Below are positions 38,826 through 48,957 of a stretch of 64,000 nt of DNA, in pieces. The first letter of the stretch is position 1. Each line of letters opens with the position of its first letter. Location of the stretch: contig MFPR01000020.1 of assembly GCA_001784175.1 (NCBI GenBank), positions 1 through 64,000 on the forward strand, in the 5' to 3' direction. Both the position numbers and the translations under genes were made by a program. A model generated the notes under the pieces. The model was given only the letters and a program-made list of their open reading frames with translations. It did no database searches and was not told the origin of the DNA. This stretch comes from Candidatus Lindowbacteria bacterium RIFCSPLOWO2_12_FULL_62_27. GTDB lineage: Bacteria > Lindowbacteria > 2-12-FULL-62-27.

Positions 38826-39833
38826 CTAGGCGCGTTCGGGGACGAAGGGCCGCGCGAGGAGGGATTCGACGGCGCGCCGGACGCTTTTTCGATTGTAGAT
38901 GATGTTGTGCACCTCGCGGATGATCGGAATCTCCACATGGGCCTTCCGGGCCAGACCGACGGCGGCTCTTGCGGTCGCGACGCCTTCGGCCACGAACCGG
39001 TGCTTGCGCGCGATGTCGGCGGGCGAATGGCCTTGGGCGAGGAGTTCGCCGAACCTGCGGTTGCGGCTGTGGCGGCTTCCACAGGTGACGACGAGGTCGC
39101 CGAGACCCGCGAGGCCCGCGAAGGTATCACGGCGCGCGCTGAGGGCGACGCCGAGCCGCGATATTTCAGCGAGGCCGCGGGTCATCATGGCGGCGAGCGT
39201 ATTGTCGCCGAATCCGAGCCCCACGCAAATGCCGGCGGCGATGGCGACACAATTTTTGAGCGCGGCGGCAAGTTCGACGCCGATCACGTCATTGTTTGTG
39301 TAAAGCCTGAATCGGCTGTCAGAAACCAGTTTCTGGACGCGGGCCGCGAGCGCCGCCGGCCCCGCCACCACCGCGGCCGTCGGGATGTTCAGGATGACTT
39401 CTTCGGCGTGCGACGGGCCCGACAGCACGGCGTACTGGCTGCGGCTGAGGGAAGGAAACATTTCGAAGAAGACGCCGGAGATTGTTTGACCCGTTTTGAT
39501 TTCGATTCCCTTGGAGAGATTCACCAGCGCCTTTCCGCGCCAAAGGGGGGATGACTGGAAAACATTGCGGATGAATTGCGTCGGCACTGCGTTAAACACC
39601 AAGTCGGCCGAGCGCACGCACGCGTCGAGGTCGTTCGAAATGACCAGGGACCGCGGCAGTCGGACACCCGGCAGGAAGAGCCGGTTCTCCCGGCGTTTCT
39701 GGATGTCCTGGGCCACGCGCGGGAAAAATTCGTAGAGCGTGACCGGTTGGCCGGTGAGGCCCGCTTCGAAGCGCCGGGCCATGCGCACGGCGAAGGTCGT
39801 TCCCCAGCTTCCGGCGCCGACGACGGTGATCAT
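38826..39833 (-). CDS. gpsA: NAD(P)H-dependent glycerol-3-phosphate dehydrogenase
   Basis: GAGSWGT, SKGIE, LSGPSHA, ALKN and GLGDLVVTC.S.HSRN motifs. Confidence 0.95.
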   Translation of the reverse strand: MITVVGAGSWGTTFAVRMARRFEAGLTGQPVTLYEFFPRVAQDIQKRRENRLFLPGVRLPRSLVISNDLDACVRSADLVFNAVPTQFIRNVFQSSPLWRGKALVNLSKGIEIKTGQTISGVFFEMFPSLSRSQYAVLSGPSHAEEVILNIPTAAVVAGPAALAARVQKLVSDSRFRLYTNNDVIGVELAAALKNCVAIAAGICVGLGFGDNTLAAMMTRGLAEISRLGVALSARRDTFAGLAGLGDLVVTCGSRHSRNRRFGELLAQGHSPADIARKHRFVAEGVATARAAVGLARKAHVEIPIIREVHNIIYNRKSVRRAVESLLARPFVPERA

Positions 39834-39835
39834 GG

Positions 39836-40420
39836 TCAGAAGAGCGGTGGCTCTTCGCCGTGGATCAGGCGCCGGAGGTTGGACCGGTGCCGGACGAGGA
39901 CGAGGGCCATGGCGGCAACAACAATGGCGATGAGAAGCGTGTCGCGGGACACGAGCGGAACGCCGACGCCGAGGGTAATCGCCCCGAGGCACGACGCGGG
40001 CGACATGCGGTGACTGATGAGGAGCGTCACGGCAAAGACGGCGACCGCCGCGAGCGTGGGGTTCAGGGCGAGGCAGAGAAACACGCCGAGACCCGTCGCC
40101 ACGCCTTTGCCGCCGCGAAATCTCAAAAACGGCGAGAAGGTGTGTCCCAGGATGGCGGCGAGTCCCGCCAGCGCATCGGCGCCGCCGATCGATCTTGAAA
40201 TCCACACGGCGCCCGCGCCCTTGAGCACGTCGAGGATCAGAACCAGGGATCCGACCGCCGGGCCGAGGACGCGATAGGCGTTGGTCGCGCCGATGTTGCC
40301 GCTGCCCTCTGACTTCAGGTCCTTTCCGAAAACAAACCGGCCGATCCAATACCCGGGCGGCAGGCTCCCGAGGAGAAATCCGGCGACGACGCTCGAGACC
40401 GCGGCGGTGGTCAAGGTCAT
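39836..40420 (-). CDS. plsY: glycerol-3-phosphate acyltransferase PlsY
   Basis: GSGNIGATN, DVLKG, GH...F.GGKGVAT and RHRSNL motifs. Confidence 0.95.
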   Translation of the reverse strand: MTLTTAAVSSVVAGFLLGSLPPGYWIGRFVFGKDLKSEGSGNIGATNAYRVLGPAVGSLVLILDVLKGAGAVWISRSIGGADALAGLAAILGHTFSPFLRFRGGKGVATGLGVFLCLALNPTLAAVAVFAVTLLISHRMSPASCLGAITLGVGVPLVSRDTLLIAIVVAAMALVLVRHRSNLRRLIHGEEPPLF

Positions 40421-41775
40421 CGGTCGGTCACCAGATGGATGAGGATCGGGATGCCGCGCAGTCCAAACGCCTCCCGGAACCGTTTTTCGAGGTATCGGAT
40501 GGACTCGCCTCGGAAGATTTTGGGATCGTTGACGAATATTTTGAACGCCACGGGACTTTTGCCGGTCTGGACACCGTATTTGAGTTTGCCGGGCCCGCGC
40601 CTGAAGAGGCTGGTGGGCATTTCCGTGTTCCATTCCTGGAGGCGCCGGTTCAGTTCCGGTGTCCGAATGTCCCGGCGGGATGTTTCGTGAACGGCGAGGA
40701 CCGTGTCGAGGAGCGTGGACACGCCATGCCCGGTCTTCGCGGAAATACGGACGAACGGCGCCTCCCGCGCGTCGTGCGCGCGCTCGCGAAATTCGACCTC
40801 CAGATCCCGCGCCGGGCCCGACGCGCGGTCAGGCACGAGATCCCATTTGTTTGCCGCCGCCACGGCGCTGACGCCGCGCCGCCAGAGATGGGAAAGGAGC
40901 CTGAGGTCCTGCTCGGCGAGGCCTTGCGAGATGTCCATGACGAGGAGCACGACGTCGGCGGCTTCGCCGACCCGCAGCGCGATCCTGGAAATGGTGCGCT
41001 CAAGGCCGTCGGTGATCCGGTCGATCCGCCGGACGCCGGCCGTGTCGACCAGCATGATCGGCCGGTCGCGATGGGTGAACGCCGCCTCGACCGCATCCCG
41101 CGTGGTGCCCGGGCGGTCCGAAACGACGACGCGATCCGCTCCGAGGATGCGGTTCACCAGCGTCGACTTGCCGACGTTGGGCCTGCCGAGAATCGAGAGC
41201 CGGAGCGGGCCAAGAGCGTCATCCTGCGGGCCGGCCGGCGGTTCGTTTTCAGAGGGCCCGGATTTCTTCAGATGCGCTTCGACGACGGATATGAGATCGG
41301 CGATGCCGCGGCCGTGTTTGGACGAAATCGGCACGGCCTCCTCCCACGGGAGGCCCGCGAACTCCGTGTCGGCCCATTGAACGGCCGGCCGGTCGAGCTC
41401 GTCGAGTTTGTTCACCACGAGAATCGTCTTGTTCCGGTACGGCAAAATTCTCTGGGCAAACGCGTCCTCGGCGCCGGTGCGCCCCTCGCGGCCATCCACC
41501 ACCCACAGAATGATCCCGGACGATTTGAGCGCGCTTTCGACCTTCCGGTTGATCGCAGCGCTCAACTCGGGATCCTCCGCCGCCGGATAGGGCCAGCCCG
41601 CCGTGTCGATCAGGCGCACCGGCCGGTCGCCGACGTCCAGCGGCGCCTCCAGGAGATCCCGCGTCACGCCGGGCCTGTCAAACACCACGGCGGCCGCGCG
41701 GCCGACCAGTCTGTTATACAGCGTGGATTTGCCGACATTCGGCCGGCCGATGATCAGGACGATGGGTGGATTCAT
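40417..41775 (-). CDS. der: ribosome biogenesis GTPase Der (EngA)
   Basis: Two GRPNVGKS/DTAG/NKxD GTPase domains plus a KH-like tail. Confidence 0.95.
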   Translation of the reverse strand: MNPPIVLIIGRPNVGKSTLYNRLVGRAAAVVFDRPGVTRDLLEAPLDVGDRPVRLIDTAGWPYPAAEDPELSAAINRKVESALKSSGIILWVVDGREGRTGAEDAFAQRILPYRNKTILVVNKLDELDRPAVQWADTEFAGLPWEEAVPISSKHGRGIADLISVVEAHLKKSGPSENEPPAGPQDDALGPLRLSILGRPNVGKSTLVNRILGADRVVVSDRPGTTRDAVEAAFTHRDRPIMLVDTAGVRRIDRITDGLERTISRIALRVGEAADVVLLVMDISQGLAEQDLRLLSHLWRRGVSAVAAANKWDLVPDRASGPARDLEVEFRERAHDAREAPFVRISAKTGHGVSTLLDTVLAVHETSRRDIRTPELNRRLQEWNTEMPTSLFRRGPGKLKYGVQTGKSPVAFKIFVNDPKIFRGESIRYLEKRFREAFGLRGIPILIHLVTDR

Positions 41776-41790
41776 ATAGAAACAAGCGTC

Positions 41791-42846
41791 TCAAGCCTGT
41801 GCGAAGTGTCCGAGCAGCCGGCGAAACGCCGCGAGGAGGATGGCCGCGAGCGGGATGGCGAGCATGAGCCCGAAAAATCCAAACAGTTGCGAAAAGGCCA
41901 GGAGGGCGATCACGGCCAGGAGTGGGTGAATGCCGACCGACCCGCCAAGGAGTTTCGGCGTGAGGAGCACCGCATCCACGGCCTGGACGAGCGCGAAGAC
42001 GGCGGCCGTCAGCGCGAGGTGGAGGAGCGTGCCCTGGGAATAAAACGACACGCCGAGGGCCGCGATGAGTCCAAGCGTGATGCCGACGTAGGGGACGAGC
42101 GAAAGGAGGCCGATGGTGAGGCCGATGGTAAGGCCATACGGGAGGCCGATGGCGACGAGACCTGCGGCTGAAAGTCCGCCGATCGCGGCGGCGTAGAGGA
42201 GCTGGCCGCGGAAGAATGAACGAAGGATGTCATTCGATTCGGACAGAAACCGGTCCATGAGCGCCGTGCGTTCCGGCGGCCAGCCGATGTCGGAGAGAAT
42301 TTTGAGAAGGCCGGGTTTGATCAGCGGGAAATCCAGCATCAGGAAAACGAAGGCGACCACGAACAGGAGCAGCTTGGCCACCGCGTCGGCGATGTTGCCA
42401 AGGATGCCGAAACTTTTCAGGACGGCCTGCGTTGCGACGGCGATGATCTTACCGCTGAAGGCGGACAGGTGTTCCGCCACTTTTGTTTTGACGTCTTCCG
42501 GAAGTGTGGCCAGCCGGCGCTGGATGGACGCGTTGAGTTCGGTGATATTGAGTTCGATGGATTCCGCGGCCATTTTCGCCTCCCGAACCGCTTTGGGCGC
42601 GAGAAACATCAGAACCGCCGCGAGGCCGATGGCGAGGAGGGCCAGGGTCAGCGCGGCGGCGGCGGTCCGGCCGGTTTTCCGCGCGATCGCGGCGACCACA
42701 GGCTCGATCAGAAACGCCGCGATGAACGCGGCGAGGAGCGGCGTGACGACCGCCCGGGCGGCGTAGAGCACGACCAGGAGAACGCCGGCCGCGAGCGCCT
42801 GGATCAGGAGCCTGTTGGATTTTTCCGAGCGGATTCCGTCATACAC
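41791..42846 (-). CDS. AI-2E family transporter
   Basis: FFRGQL, LVPYVG and PKLLGGSVGIHP...GFFGLMLAIP motifs; GTG start inferred. Confidence 0.88.
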   Translation of the reverse strand: MYDGIRSEKSNRLLIQALAAGVLLVVLYAARAVVTPLLAAFIAAFLIEPVVAAIARKTGRTAAAALTLALLAIGLAAVLMFLAPKAVREAKMAAESIELNITELNASIQRRLATLPEDVKTKVAEHLSAFSGKIIAVATQAVLKSFGILGNIADAVAKLLLFVVAFVFLMLDFPLIKPGLLKILSDIGWPPERTALMDRFLSESNDILRSFFRGQLLYAAAIGGLSAAGLVAIGLPYGLTIGLTIGLLSLVPYVGITLGLIAALGVSFYSQGTLLHLALTAAVFALVQAVDAVLLTPKLLGGSVGIHPLLAVIALLAFSQLFGFFGLMLAIPLAAILLAAFRRLLGHFAQA

Positions 42847-43405
42847 GGGTGAACCCTCCCATCCGTTTGTACCATTCGACAAAGCATGCGGCGCCGGACA
42901 CGACGGTGGTGACGAGTGTTGTGAGGAACGCAACGCGCAAGATCACATCCGGAACGCTCACGACGTAGTAAAGGGCGATGTCCAGCAAGAAGAGTCCCGC
43001 GGTGATGAACTGGCAGGCCGTATTGACCTTGCTGATCCACAGCGGCCGGATGCCGGCATCCCGGCCGAAATAGTGGAGCAGGGCCCAGCCCAGCACGATG
43101 AGGACGTCCCGGCTGATGACGGCCACCGTCACGTAGAGCGGAATGCCGTAGGGAACGCCCAGGAGGTAGACCATCGTCACCAGAAGTTTGTCGGCCAGAG
43201 GATCGAGAAACGCGCCGACCGCGCTTTTTTGCCGGAAGGCCCGCGCCACGAATCCGTCGACCGCGTCCAGGACGGCCGCGAGGGTGAAGAGACAGAACAC
43301 GACCCAGCGAAGAATGGGATTTTCGGCCATGTAGAGGAACGCCGCCGAAAACGCCGGCACGAGCGCAATGCGAAAAACCGTGATCAGATTGGCCGTCGTC
43401 AGCAT
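42839..43405 (-). CDS. pgsA: CDP-alcohol phosphatidyltransferase (PgsA-like)
   Basis: ANLITVFR and DAVDGFVAR...GAFLDPLADK motifs. Confidence 0.85.
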   Translation of the reverse strand: MLTTANLITVFRIALVPAFSAAFLYMAENPILRWVVFCLFTLAAVLDAVDGFVARAFRQKSAVGAFLDPLADKLLVTMVYLLGVPYGIPLYVTVAVISRDVLIVLGWALLHYFGRDAGIRPLWISKVNTACQFITAGLFLLDIALYYVVSVPDVILRVAFLTTLVTTVVSGAACFVEWYKRMGGFTRV

Positions 43406-44661
43406 GCGGCATTTCTATCATATTCCCTCGATTCTTTCACAAAAGCGAGCAGCGCCATTCCCGCGATGAGCAGGACCAGCAGGGAAAGGATGGCCCGGCG
43501 GATTTGCCCGGTCCATTCGTGAACGATCCCAAAGATGAGCGGCCCGGTGGCGGCCGAGATTTTACCGGAGAGTCCCCAGAATCCGAAAAACTGCGCCTCC
43601 TGTCCCGCCGGCACGAGCCTGCCGAACAAGCTGCGCGAGACGGCCTGGCTGCCGCCGAGGACGATCGAGATGAGAAATCCCGCGATCCAGAATTCCGCCC
43701 GGGTGGTCATGGTCGTCGTCCAGAGAAGAATCCCGGCCCAAAGCGCCAGACTTGCCAATAGCGCCTTTCGCTGGGTCCATCGGTCGGCGAGGCGCCCGAA
43801 TGCGACGGCGCCGAAGAAGGCGACGAACTGGATCATCAGGAAACAGGCGATGCGTTCGCTTTCCGGCATGCCGAGTTCCGCGGCGGCGAAGATGCCGGCG
43901 ACGACGATCACCGTTTCAATGACGTCGTTGTACAGGAAATAGGCGGCGAGAAAAACGAAGATGTTCTTGTTGTACTTCCGGGCCGCCCGGATGCTGTCCA
44001 TCACGCGCCGCAGAGCCTCCCGGCCGGCGCGCGGCGGTCCCGCCGCATCGCGTTGTTCCTTGATCCAAAAAATAAAGGGAAGCGTGAAGACCAGCCACCA
44101 GAGGCCGACGACGAGGAACGTGGCGCGCACGGCGCTGTCGCCCTCCGGCAGGCCGAACCAGACCGGCTTCTGGATCATCGCGAGGTTCAGCGCGAGGCAC
44201 AGCCCGCCGCCCACATATCCGATCGCCCAGCCGAAGCCGGACACGGACCCGATCGTGCGGTCGGTGGAAAGATCGTTCAGGAACGAATGATAGAACGTGA
44301 GCGAGACCGTGAAGCACACGCTGGCGATCACGAAGAACGCGGATGTCAGAACCAGCGTTTGCGGCCCGGAGAAGAAAAGCGCGGCGGTCGAAACCGCGCC
44401 CGCGCCTGCGCAGCCCGCCAGCCAGCGCTTTCTGGTTTTCCGGATGTCGGCCAGCGCGCCCAAATACGGCGAGAGGATGCCGGAGAGGAGGGTGGATCCG
44501 GAAATGAGAAACGTCCAGAGCGTCAGGCCCCGGATCGGCGCGTCCCGGGCGACGACCGTGGCGAAGTAGACGTTGAAGATCACGGCCATGACGGACGTGG
44601 CGAAGGGGCTGTTGGCGAAATCGTAGAGCGCCCAGGCCCAGACTTGCCGGTTCTTTAAAAT
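43399..44661 (-). CDS. MFS transporter (UMF1/ATG22-like)
   Basis: WALYDFANS, GSVSGFGWAIGYVGG and GGSQAVSRS motifs; start uncertain because there is no nearby ATG/GTG/TTG. Confidence 0.85.
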   Translation of the reverse strand: MLKNRQVWAWALYDFANSPFATSVMAVIFNVYFATVVARDAPIRGLTLWTFLISGSTLLSGILSPYLGALADIRKTRKRWLAGCAGAGAVSTAALFFSGPQTLVLTSAFFVIASVCFTVSLTFYHSFLNDLSTDRTIGSVSGFGWAIGYVGGGLCLALNLAMIQKPVWFGLPEGDSAVRATFLVVGLWWLVFTLPFIFWIKEQRDAAGPPRAGREALRRVMDSIRAARKYNKNIFVFLAAYFLYNDVIETVIVVAGIFAAAELGMPESERIACFLMIQFVAFFGAVAFGRLADRWTQRKALLASLALWAGILLWTTTMTTRAEFWIAGFLISIVLGGSQAVSRSLFGRLVPAGQEAQFFGFWGLSGKISAATGPLIFGIVHEWTGQIRRAILSLLVLLIAGMALLAFVKESREYDRNAAC

Positions 44662-46157
44662 CGAAGCGCGACCCCGCCCAACCCGCCTTCGCCGAAATAG
44701 GCGTCCTGTGTCCAGCGGGCGAACAGCGCGTTCTGGTTGAACCGGACGCCGGCCTCCGCGGTCACTTCGGCCCTTCGGCCGGCGTCCGTGGCATTTCGCA
44801 CGGTGGTTTTCAGGTAGGGCGCCAGCGTCCAGGTTCCCCACGGCCGGCCGGCCGCGTCGATGCGGATGCCGGCGCGCCCGTCCACGTCCCGGGATTTTTT
44901 AAAGGAGTTTTCGGCGTACCGCCCGATCGAAAAGTGTGCGGCGACGCGCCCGCGCGTTTCGTTTTCCCTGCCGGGATCCCAGCCTTGAGTTTTGAAGGCG
45001 AGCCGCACCAGGTTGTAGTTTTTTTCGGGAAGCGCCCGGTCGAGTCCATGGGTGGATCGATGATCCAGATACAGTCCCATGATCCACTCCGGCAGGTGTC
45101 GGCCGACGAAGGGCGCGTCCGGATCGATCCGGGTTTCCGCGCCGCCCTGCAGGTTGTACTCGATCTTGTTGATCCGTCCCCACGTCGCGCGCTGGAGCGT
45201 GTCCAGAACGATCACCCAGTCCTTGCCGCGCCCGTTCAGCCGCACGAGGTCGAAGTCCGCGGCCAGCTCGGATGCGATGTCCTCGCCGCGCGCGCCCATC
45301 ACCACCTCGCCGGCGGTGTTGCCGAGGAAGGATTTGAACAGCTCTCCCGCGTGTCCGCCTTCCAGATCGACTTCAATCCGGACGCCGTCGTCGCCGTGGC
45401 CGAACGGATTTTTCGAATCGTAGAATTTCGCGGCGACGGAGATGGAATTGTCGGCTTCCGGGTAAAACAGGAACCGCACGCCCGCCTCCACGTCCGCCAT
45501 GAGACCTCCCGGCGCGTCGATCGCGTCGGCGTCCGCCTCGATGAACACCTGGCCTTTCGGCAATGCCATCCTCCCCTGCCGGCCCGTGAGTTCCTCGAAA
45601 TCGTACCGCAGGGACGCGATATATCGCCCCTCGCCGCTGAATCCGTTCTCGTTGACGATCGCCCCCGCTGCGATCCGGCCGTGGAGCCGCCGGGCGGCGC
45701 CGAACCGGAGCGTTTTGAATTCGGGGTCGGCGAAGGCGGCGCCGAAGAAATTGGCGTTTCGCCGGCCCACGCGGTCGGTGTTCATGCGGCGGAAATGTTC
45801 TCCAAACAACTCGACGGTGTAGTCCCTGCGGCGATGGCGGTATCCGGCGGCGGCGGCGATCCGGGCAAAATCAGGATCGTATTCGGTGTTGCGGAGAAGC
45901 GTGGTGGTAAAGCCGACGTCAAAGAAGAGTTCCTCAGGGTTCGATTCCGATCCTCGGCGCGCTCCGATGACGCCGCGGACCCGGACCGTCCCCTGCGCGT
46001 CGTGCTGCCGTTCGCCCTTGAGCATCGCCACACCACTGCGGGCCTGAATGTCCGACATCGTCAGATGCCAGCTTCGGAACAGGGTTTGGGCGCCGGCCGG
46101 CGAGGCGGCCGGAAAAACAAACGCCGCGAGCACAAGTGCGGCCAGGGCTCTGGTCAA
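44655..46157 (-). CDS. exported protein, probable outer-membrane beta-barrel
   Basis: Signal peptide (ASPAGA-Q), alternating amphipathic strands and a C-terminal Phe (GGVALRF). Confidence 0.6.
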   Translation of the reverse strand: MTRALAALVLAAFVFPAASPAGAQTLFRSWHLTMSDIQARSGVAMLKGERQHDAQGTVRVRGVIGARRGSESNPEELFFDVGFTTTLLRNTEYDPDFARIAAAAGYRHRRRDYTVELFGEHFRRMNTDRVGRRNANFFGAAFADPEFKTLRFGAARRLHGRIAAGAIVNENGFSGEGRYIASLRYDFEELTGRQGRMALPKGQVFIEADADAIDAPGGLMADVEAGVRFLFYPEADNSISVAAKFYDSKNPFGHGDDGVRIEVDLEGGHAGELFKSFLGNTAGEVVMGARGEDIASELAADFDLVRLNGRGKDWVIVLDTLQRATWGRINKIEYNLQGGAETRIDPDAPFVGRHLPEWIMGLYLDHRSTHGLDRALPEKNYNLVRLAFKTQGWDPGRENETRGRVAAHFSIGRYAENSFKKSRDVDGRAGIRIDAAGRPWGTWTLAPYLKTTVRNATDAGRRAEVTAEAGVRFNQNALFARWTQDAYFGEGGLGGVALRF

Positions 46158-47494
46158 GGCTTCTGTCTCAAATACTCACCCGCCTCCCGGATCGCGGGTT
46201 TGGGTCCGACCAGACAATACGTCAGTCCGTCGGCGGTGAGAAATTCCCGGGCGGCGGCGTGTGCCGATGCGCGGGTGACGGCATCGATTTTCCCCGGATA
46301 CTTGTCCATTTCCTCGAGGCCGAGTCCATAAAACAGAAAGACAAGCATTTTGGCCGCCCGCTGGCCGGGGGTCTCCGTTTGAAGGAAAAAATATCCTTTG
46401 TAAAATTCCTTTGCCTCGGCGACTTCGGTGTCGGTCGGTCCCTCATTCGCATATGCCTTCATCACCTCCATCGTCAATTTGAGGCTGGGAATGAGTTCTT
46501 CGTTGCGGGTCGAGAATTTGATATCGAAGAGATCGGGCGTGGCGGAGGAGGCGATCGCGCTGCGGATGCCGTAGGTCTTCCCCTCCTTCGCGCGGACGGC
46601 CGCCATGAGGCGGGAGACAAAACCGCCGGCGCCCAGAACGTAATTGGCGACCATGGTTGAATAATACTGTGCCGACAGCCGTCCCAGCCCGGGTTTTCCG
46701 ATCAAGACCGTCGTCTGGCTCAGGCCCTCCTTCTCCACTTCGATGACCTGTCCGGGCGCCCGATTCTTCGGGATATCGGCCGGCAGGGTCGGGGGCGTTC
46801 CGGGCGGGATATCCCGAAATGCGTGTTCCAACTGTTCGGCCGCGGCCGGCGCGTCGATGTCGCCGATGCAGAGCGCGATCGCGCCGGCGCCCTGGACACA
46901 CTGCTGATGGAATTTCCGGATGTCCTCGACCTGAATCGCCTGCACGCTCTTTTCCGTCTTGACCCGCCCTTGCGGCAGGTCAAGTCCGAACACGGCCGGC
47001 GGAAGGCTGATGGCCGCGAGATACGAGGGACTCGAACGCTGGGCCTTGATGCCGGCGACCGCCTGGTCTTTGAGAAGGTCGAATTCTTTTTTGTGGAGGA
47101 GGGGCGCCCGAACGACGTCCCGAAGGATGGAGATCGCCGTATCGAAATGGGCGGACAGGGCATTGCATCCGAGAATGGTGTATTCGGCGTAACTTTCCCC
47201 GACGAGTTCCATCCCGTGTTCATCCACGAGTTCCGCCAGCGCGTCGGCGTCGCGGTCTCCCGCGCCCTTCAGGGCGAGTTCGGCGGCCAGGTCGGAGACC
47301 CCGGCCAGCCCGGCCGGATCGTCGTTCTCCCCGCGCGGCAGCAGCACCCGCAGAATCACGGCCGGCTGGGCGTGGTCTTCGACCGCGAGGATTCGCATGC
47401 CGTTTGGCATCGTTTTTTGCGTCATGCTCGCGCTCACCGGCATCACGATCACGCAGCCAAGGATGAATACGGCTGTGAGGAACGCGCGGGCCAT
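46154..47494 (-). CDS. M16 peptidase family protein, non-catalytic subunit
   Basis: MPNGMRIL, GFVSRLMAAVRAKEGKTYGI; HxxEH is absent; signal peptide present. Confidence 0.85.
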   Translation of the reverse strand: MARAFLTAVFILGCVIVMPVSASMTQKTMPNGMRILAVEDHAQPAVILRVLLPRGENDDPAGLAGVSDLAAELALKGAGDRDADALAELVDEHGMELVGESYAEYTILGCNALSAHFDTAISILRDVVRAPLLHKKEFDLLKDQAVAGIKAQRSSPSYLAAISLPPAVFGLDLPQGRVKTEKSVQAIQVEDIRKFHQQCVQGAGAIALCIGDIDAPAAAEQLEHAFRDIPPGTPPTLPADIPKNRAPGQVIEVEKEGLSQTTVLIGKPGLGRLSAQYYSTMVANYVLGAGGFVSRLMAAVRAKEGKTYGIRSAIASSATPDLFDIKFSTRNEELIPSLKLTMEVMKAYANEGPTDTEVAEAKEFYKGYFFLQTETPGQRAAKMLVFLFYGLGLEEMDKYPGKIDAVTRASAHAAAREFLTADGLTYCLVGPKPAIREAGEYLRQKP

Positions 47495-47501
47495 CGCACG
47501 G

Positions 47502-48950
47502 TTACGATTTGAACCATCCGGCGAGCCGGTCCCATGCTTCCACGAACCAGTCGGCGATGGATTTGAAGAAGCCGAGGACATAATACAGCCAGTTGGTTTT
47601 CTCCGGCTCCGCAATCAGGACGATTTCGCGGTCGGGGGACAGATACCGGGCCGCCGCGGCCTGGACGTCTTTTGGTTTCAGCGCGCGGTAACGGTCCAGC
47701 ACGGTTTCCCACCGCCGAAAGTCCCCCTCCAGAAGTTCTGTTTCGCCGTATCCGTGCGCCAGGTGGTCAGCGGAATAGGCTTCGAAGACCATGTCCGCCA
47801 GCGTCTGGTTGACCGCCTTCTGAAGTTCGCGCTCCGTCACGCCGTCCCGGATGACGCGGGCGATCTCGTCGCGAAGTTTCGACTCGACCTGCGAGGTGCG
47901 GCGGTTGGGCAGGAAAGCGGCGCCGACGCCATAGAGTCCGGGATCGCGCTGCAAAAGCGTGTACCCCATCGCGTGCACGGCCAGCTTGCTTTCGCGCACC
48001 AGTTTCCGGTACAGCCGGGAACTCTCGCCCCCGGACAGGATCGCCGTGAGGACCTCGAGCGCGGGGATGTCCTCATGGGCCGCGGGCGGGATATGGTAGG
48101 CGAGGGTGACGACGGGCAGTTCAAGATCAAGTTTCAGCGCGATCCGCCGGTCGGCCGGTTTTTGGAGTTTGGACATTTCGATCGGCGCCGGATTGGCGCC
48201 CCGGCCGGCCGGGCGGAGCGGCCCAAAATGGGTTTCGGCGAGGCGCCGGACATCGGCGACGGACACGTCTCCGGCCACGATCAGGACGGCGTTGTCGGGC
48301 GCGTAGTGCCTCCTGTAAAAATCGAGGCAGTCCTGCACCGTGATCTTGTCGAGGTCCTCCATGTCGCCCAGCGGCGTCCAGGCGTAGGGGTGGCCGGGAA
48401 AGAGGCGTTTGCGGAATTCCAGATAGGCCTTGCTGAACGGATTGTTGAGCGACTGGCGGAACTCCTCCTTGACCACCTCCCGTTCCGTGTTCAGCACCTG
48501 CGAGTCCAGGACCAGCGTCTGCATCCGGTCCGCCTCCAGGCGAAACGCAAGTTCCAAATGCGGCGCGGGCAGGGTCTGGTGGTAGACGGTCATGTCCTCG
48601 GCCGTGAAGGCGTTGTCGTACCCGCCGATTTTCTGAATCAGCCGGCTGTGTTCTTCCGGACCGTACTTTTCGCTCCCGCGGAACATCATGTGCTCGAAGA
48701 GATGCGCGATGCCGCGGATCCCGACGCGCTCGTTCCAGCTCCCGACCCGGTACCACACCTGCATCGTGGCGACGGGCGCGCCGGTCTTGGGCCGGACGAT
48801 GACTTTGAGGCCGTTCTTGAGCGTGAAAGATTCCGCGCGCGCGGCCGGGGCGGATGGCGCCGGCGCTGCGGCTGTGACGGGCGACGGTCCAAGGCGGGTT
48901 AGACAGATCAACAGCATTCCTCCTTTGGTCAGCGTGCGAAAATCGAGCAT
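47502..48950 (-). CDS. M16 zinc peptidase, catalytic subunit
   Basis: LKNGLKV, WYRVGS, GIAHLFEHMMF (HxxEH), NAFT and EREVVKEE motifs. Confidence 0.92.
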   Translation of the reverse strand: MLDFRTLTKGGMLLICLTRLGPSPVTAAAPAPSAPAARAESFTLKNGLKVIVRPKTGAPVATMQVWYRVGSWNERVGIRGIAHLFEHMMFRGSEKYGPEEHSRLIQKIGGYDNAFTAEDMTVYHQTLPAPHLELAFRLEADRMQTLVLDSQVLNTEREVVKEEFRQSLNNPFSKAYLEFRKRLFPGHPYAWTPLGDMEDLDKITVQDCLDFYRRHYAPDNAVLIVAGDVSVADVRRLAETHFGPLRPAGRGANPAPIEMSKLQKPADRRIALKLDLELPVVTLAYHIPPAAHEDIPALEVLTAILSGGESSRLYRKLVRESKLAVHAMGYTLLQRDPGLYGVGAAFLPNRRTSQVESKLRDEIARVIRDGVTERELQKAVNQTLADMVFEAYSADHLAHGYGETELLEGDFRRWETVLDRYRALKPKDVQAAAARYLSPDREIVLIAEPEKTNWLYYVLGFFKSIADWFVEAWDRLAGWFKS

Positions 48951-48957
48951 GCGGCGC

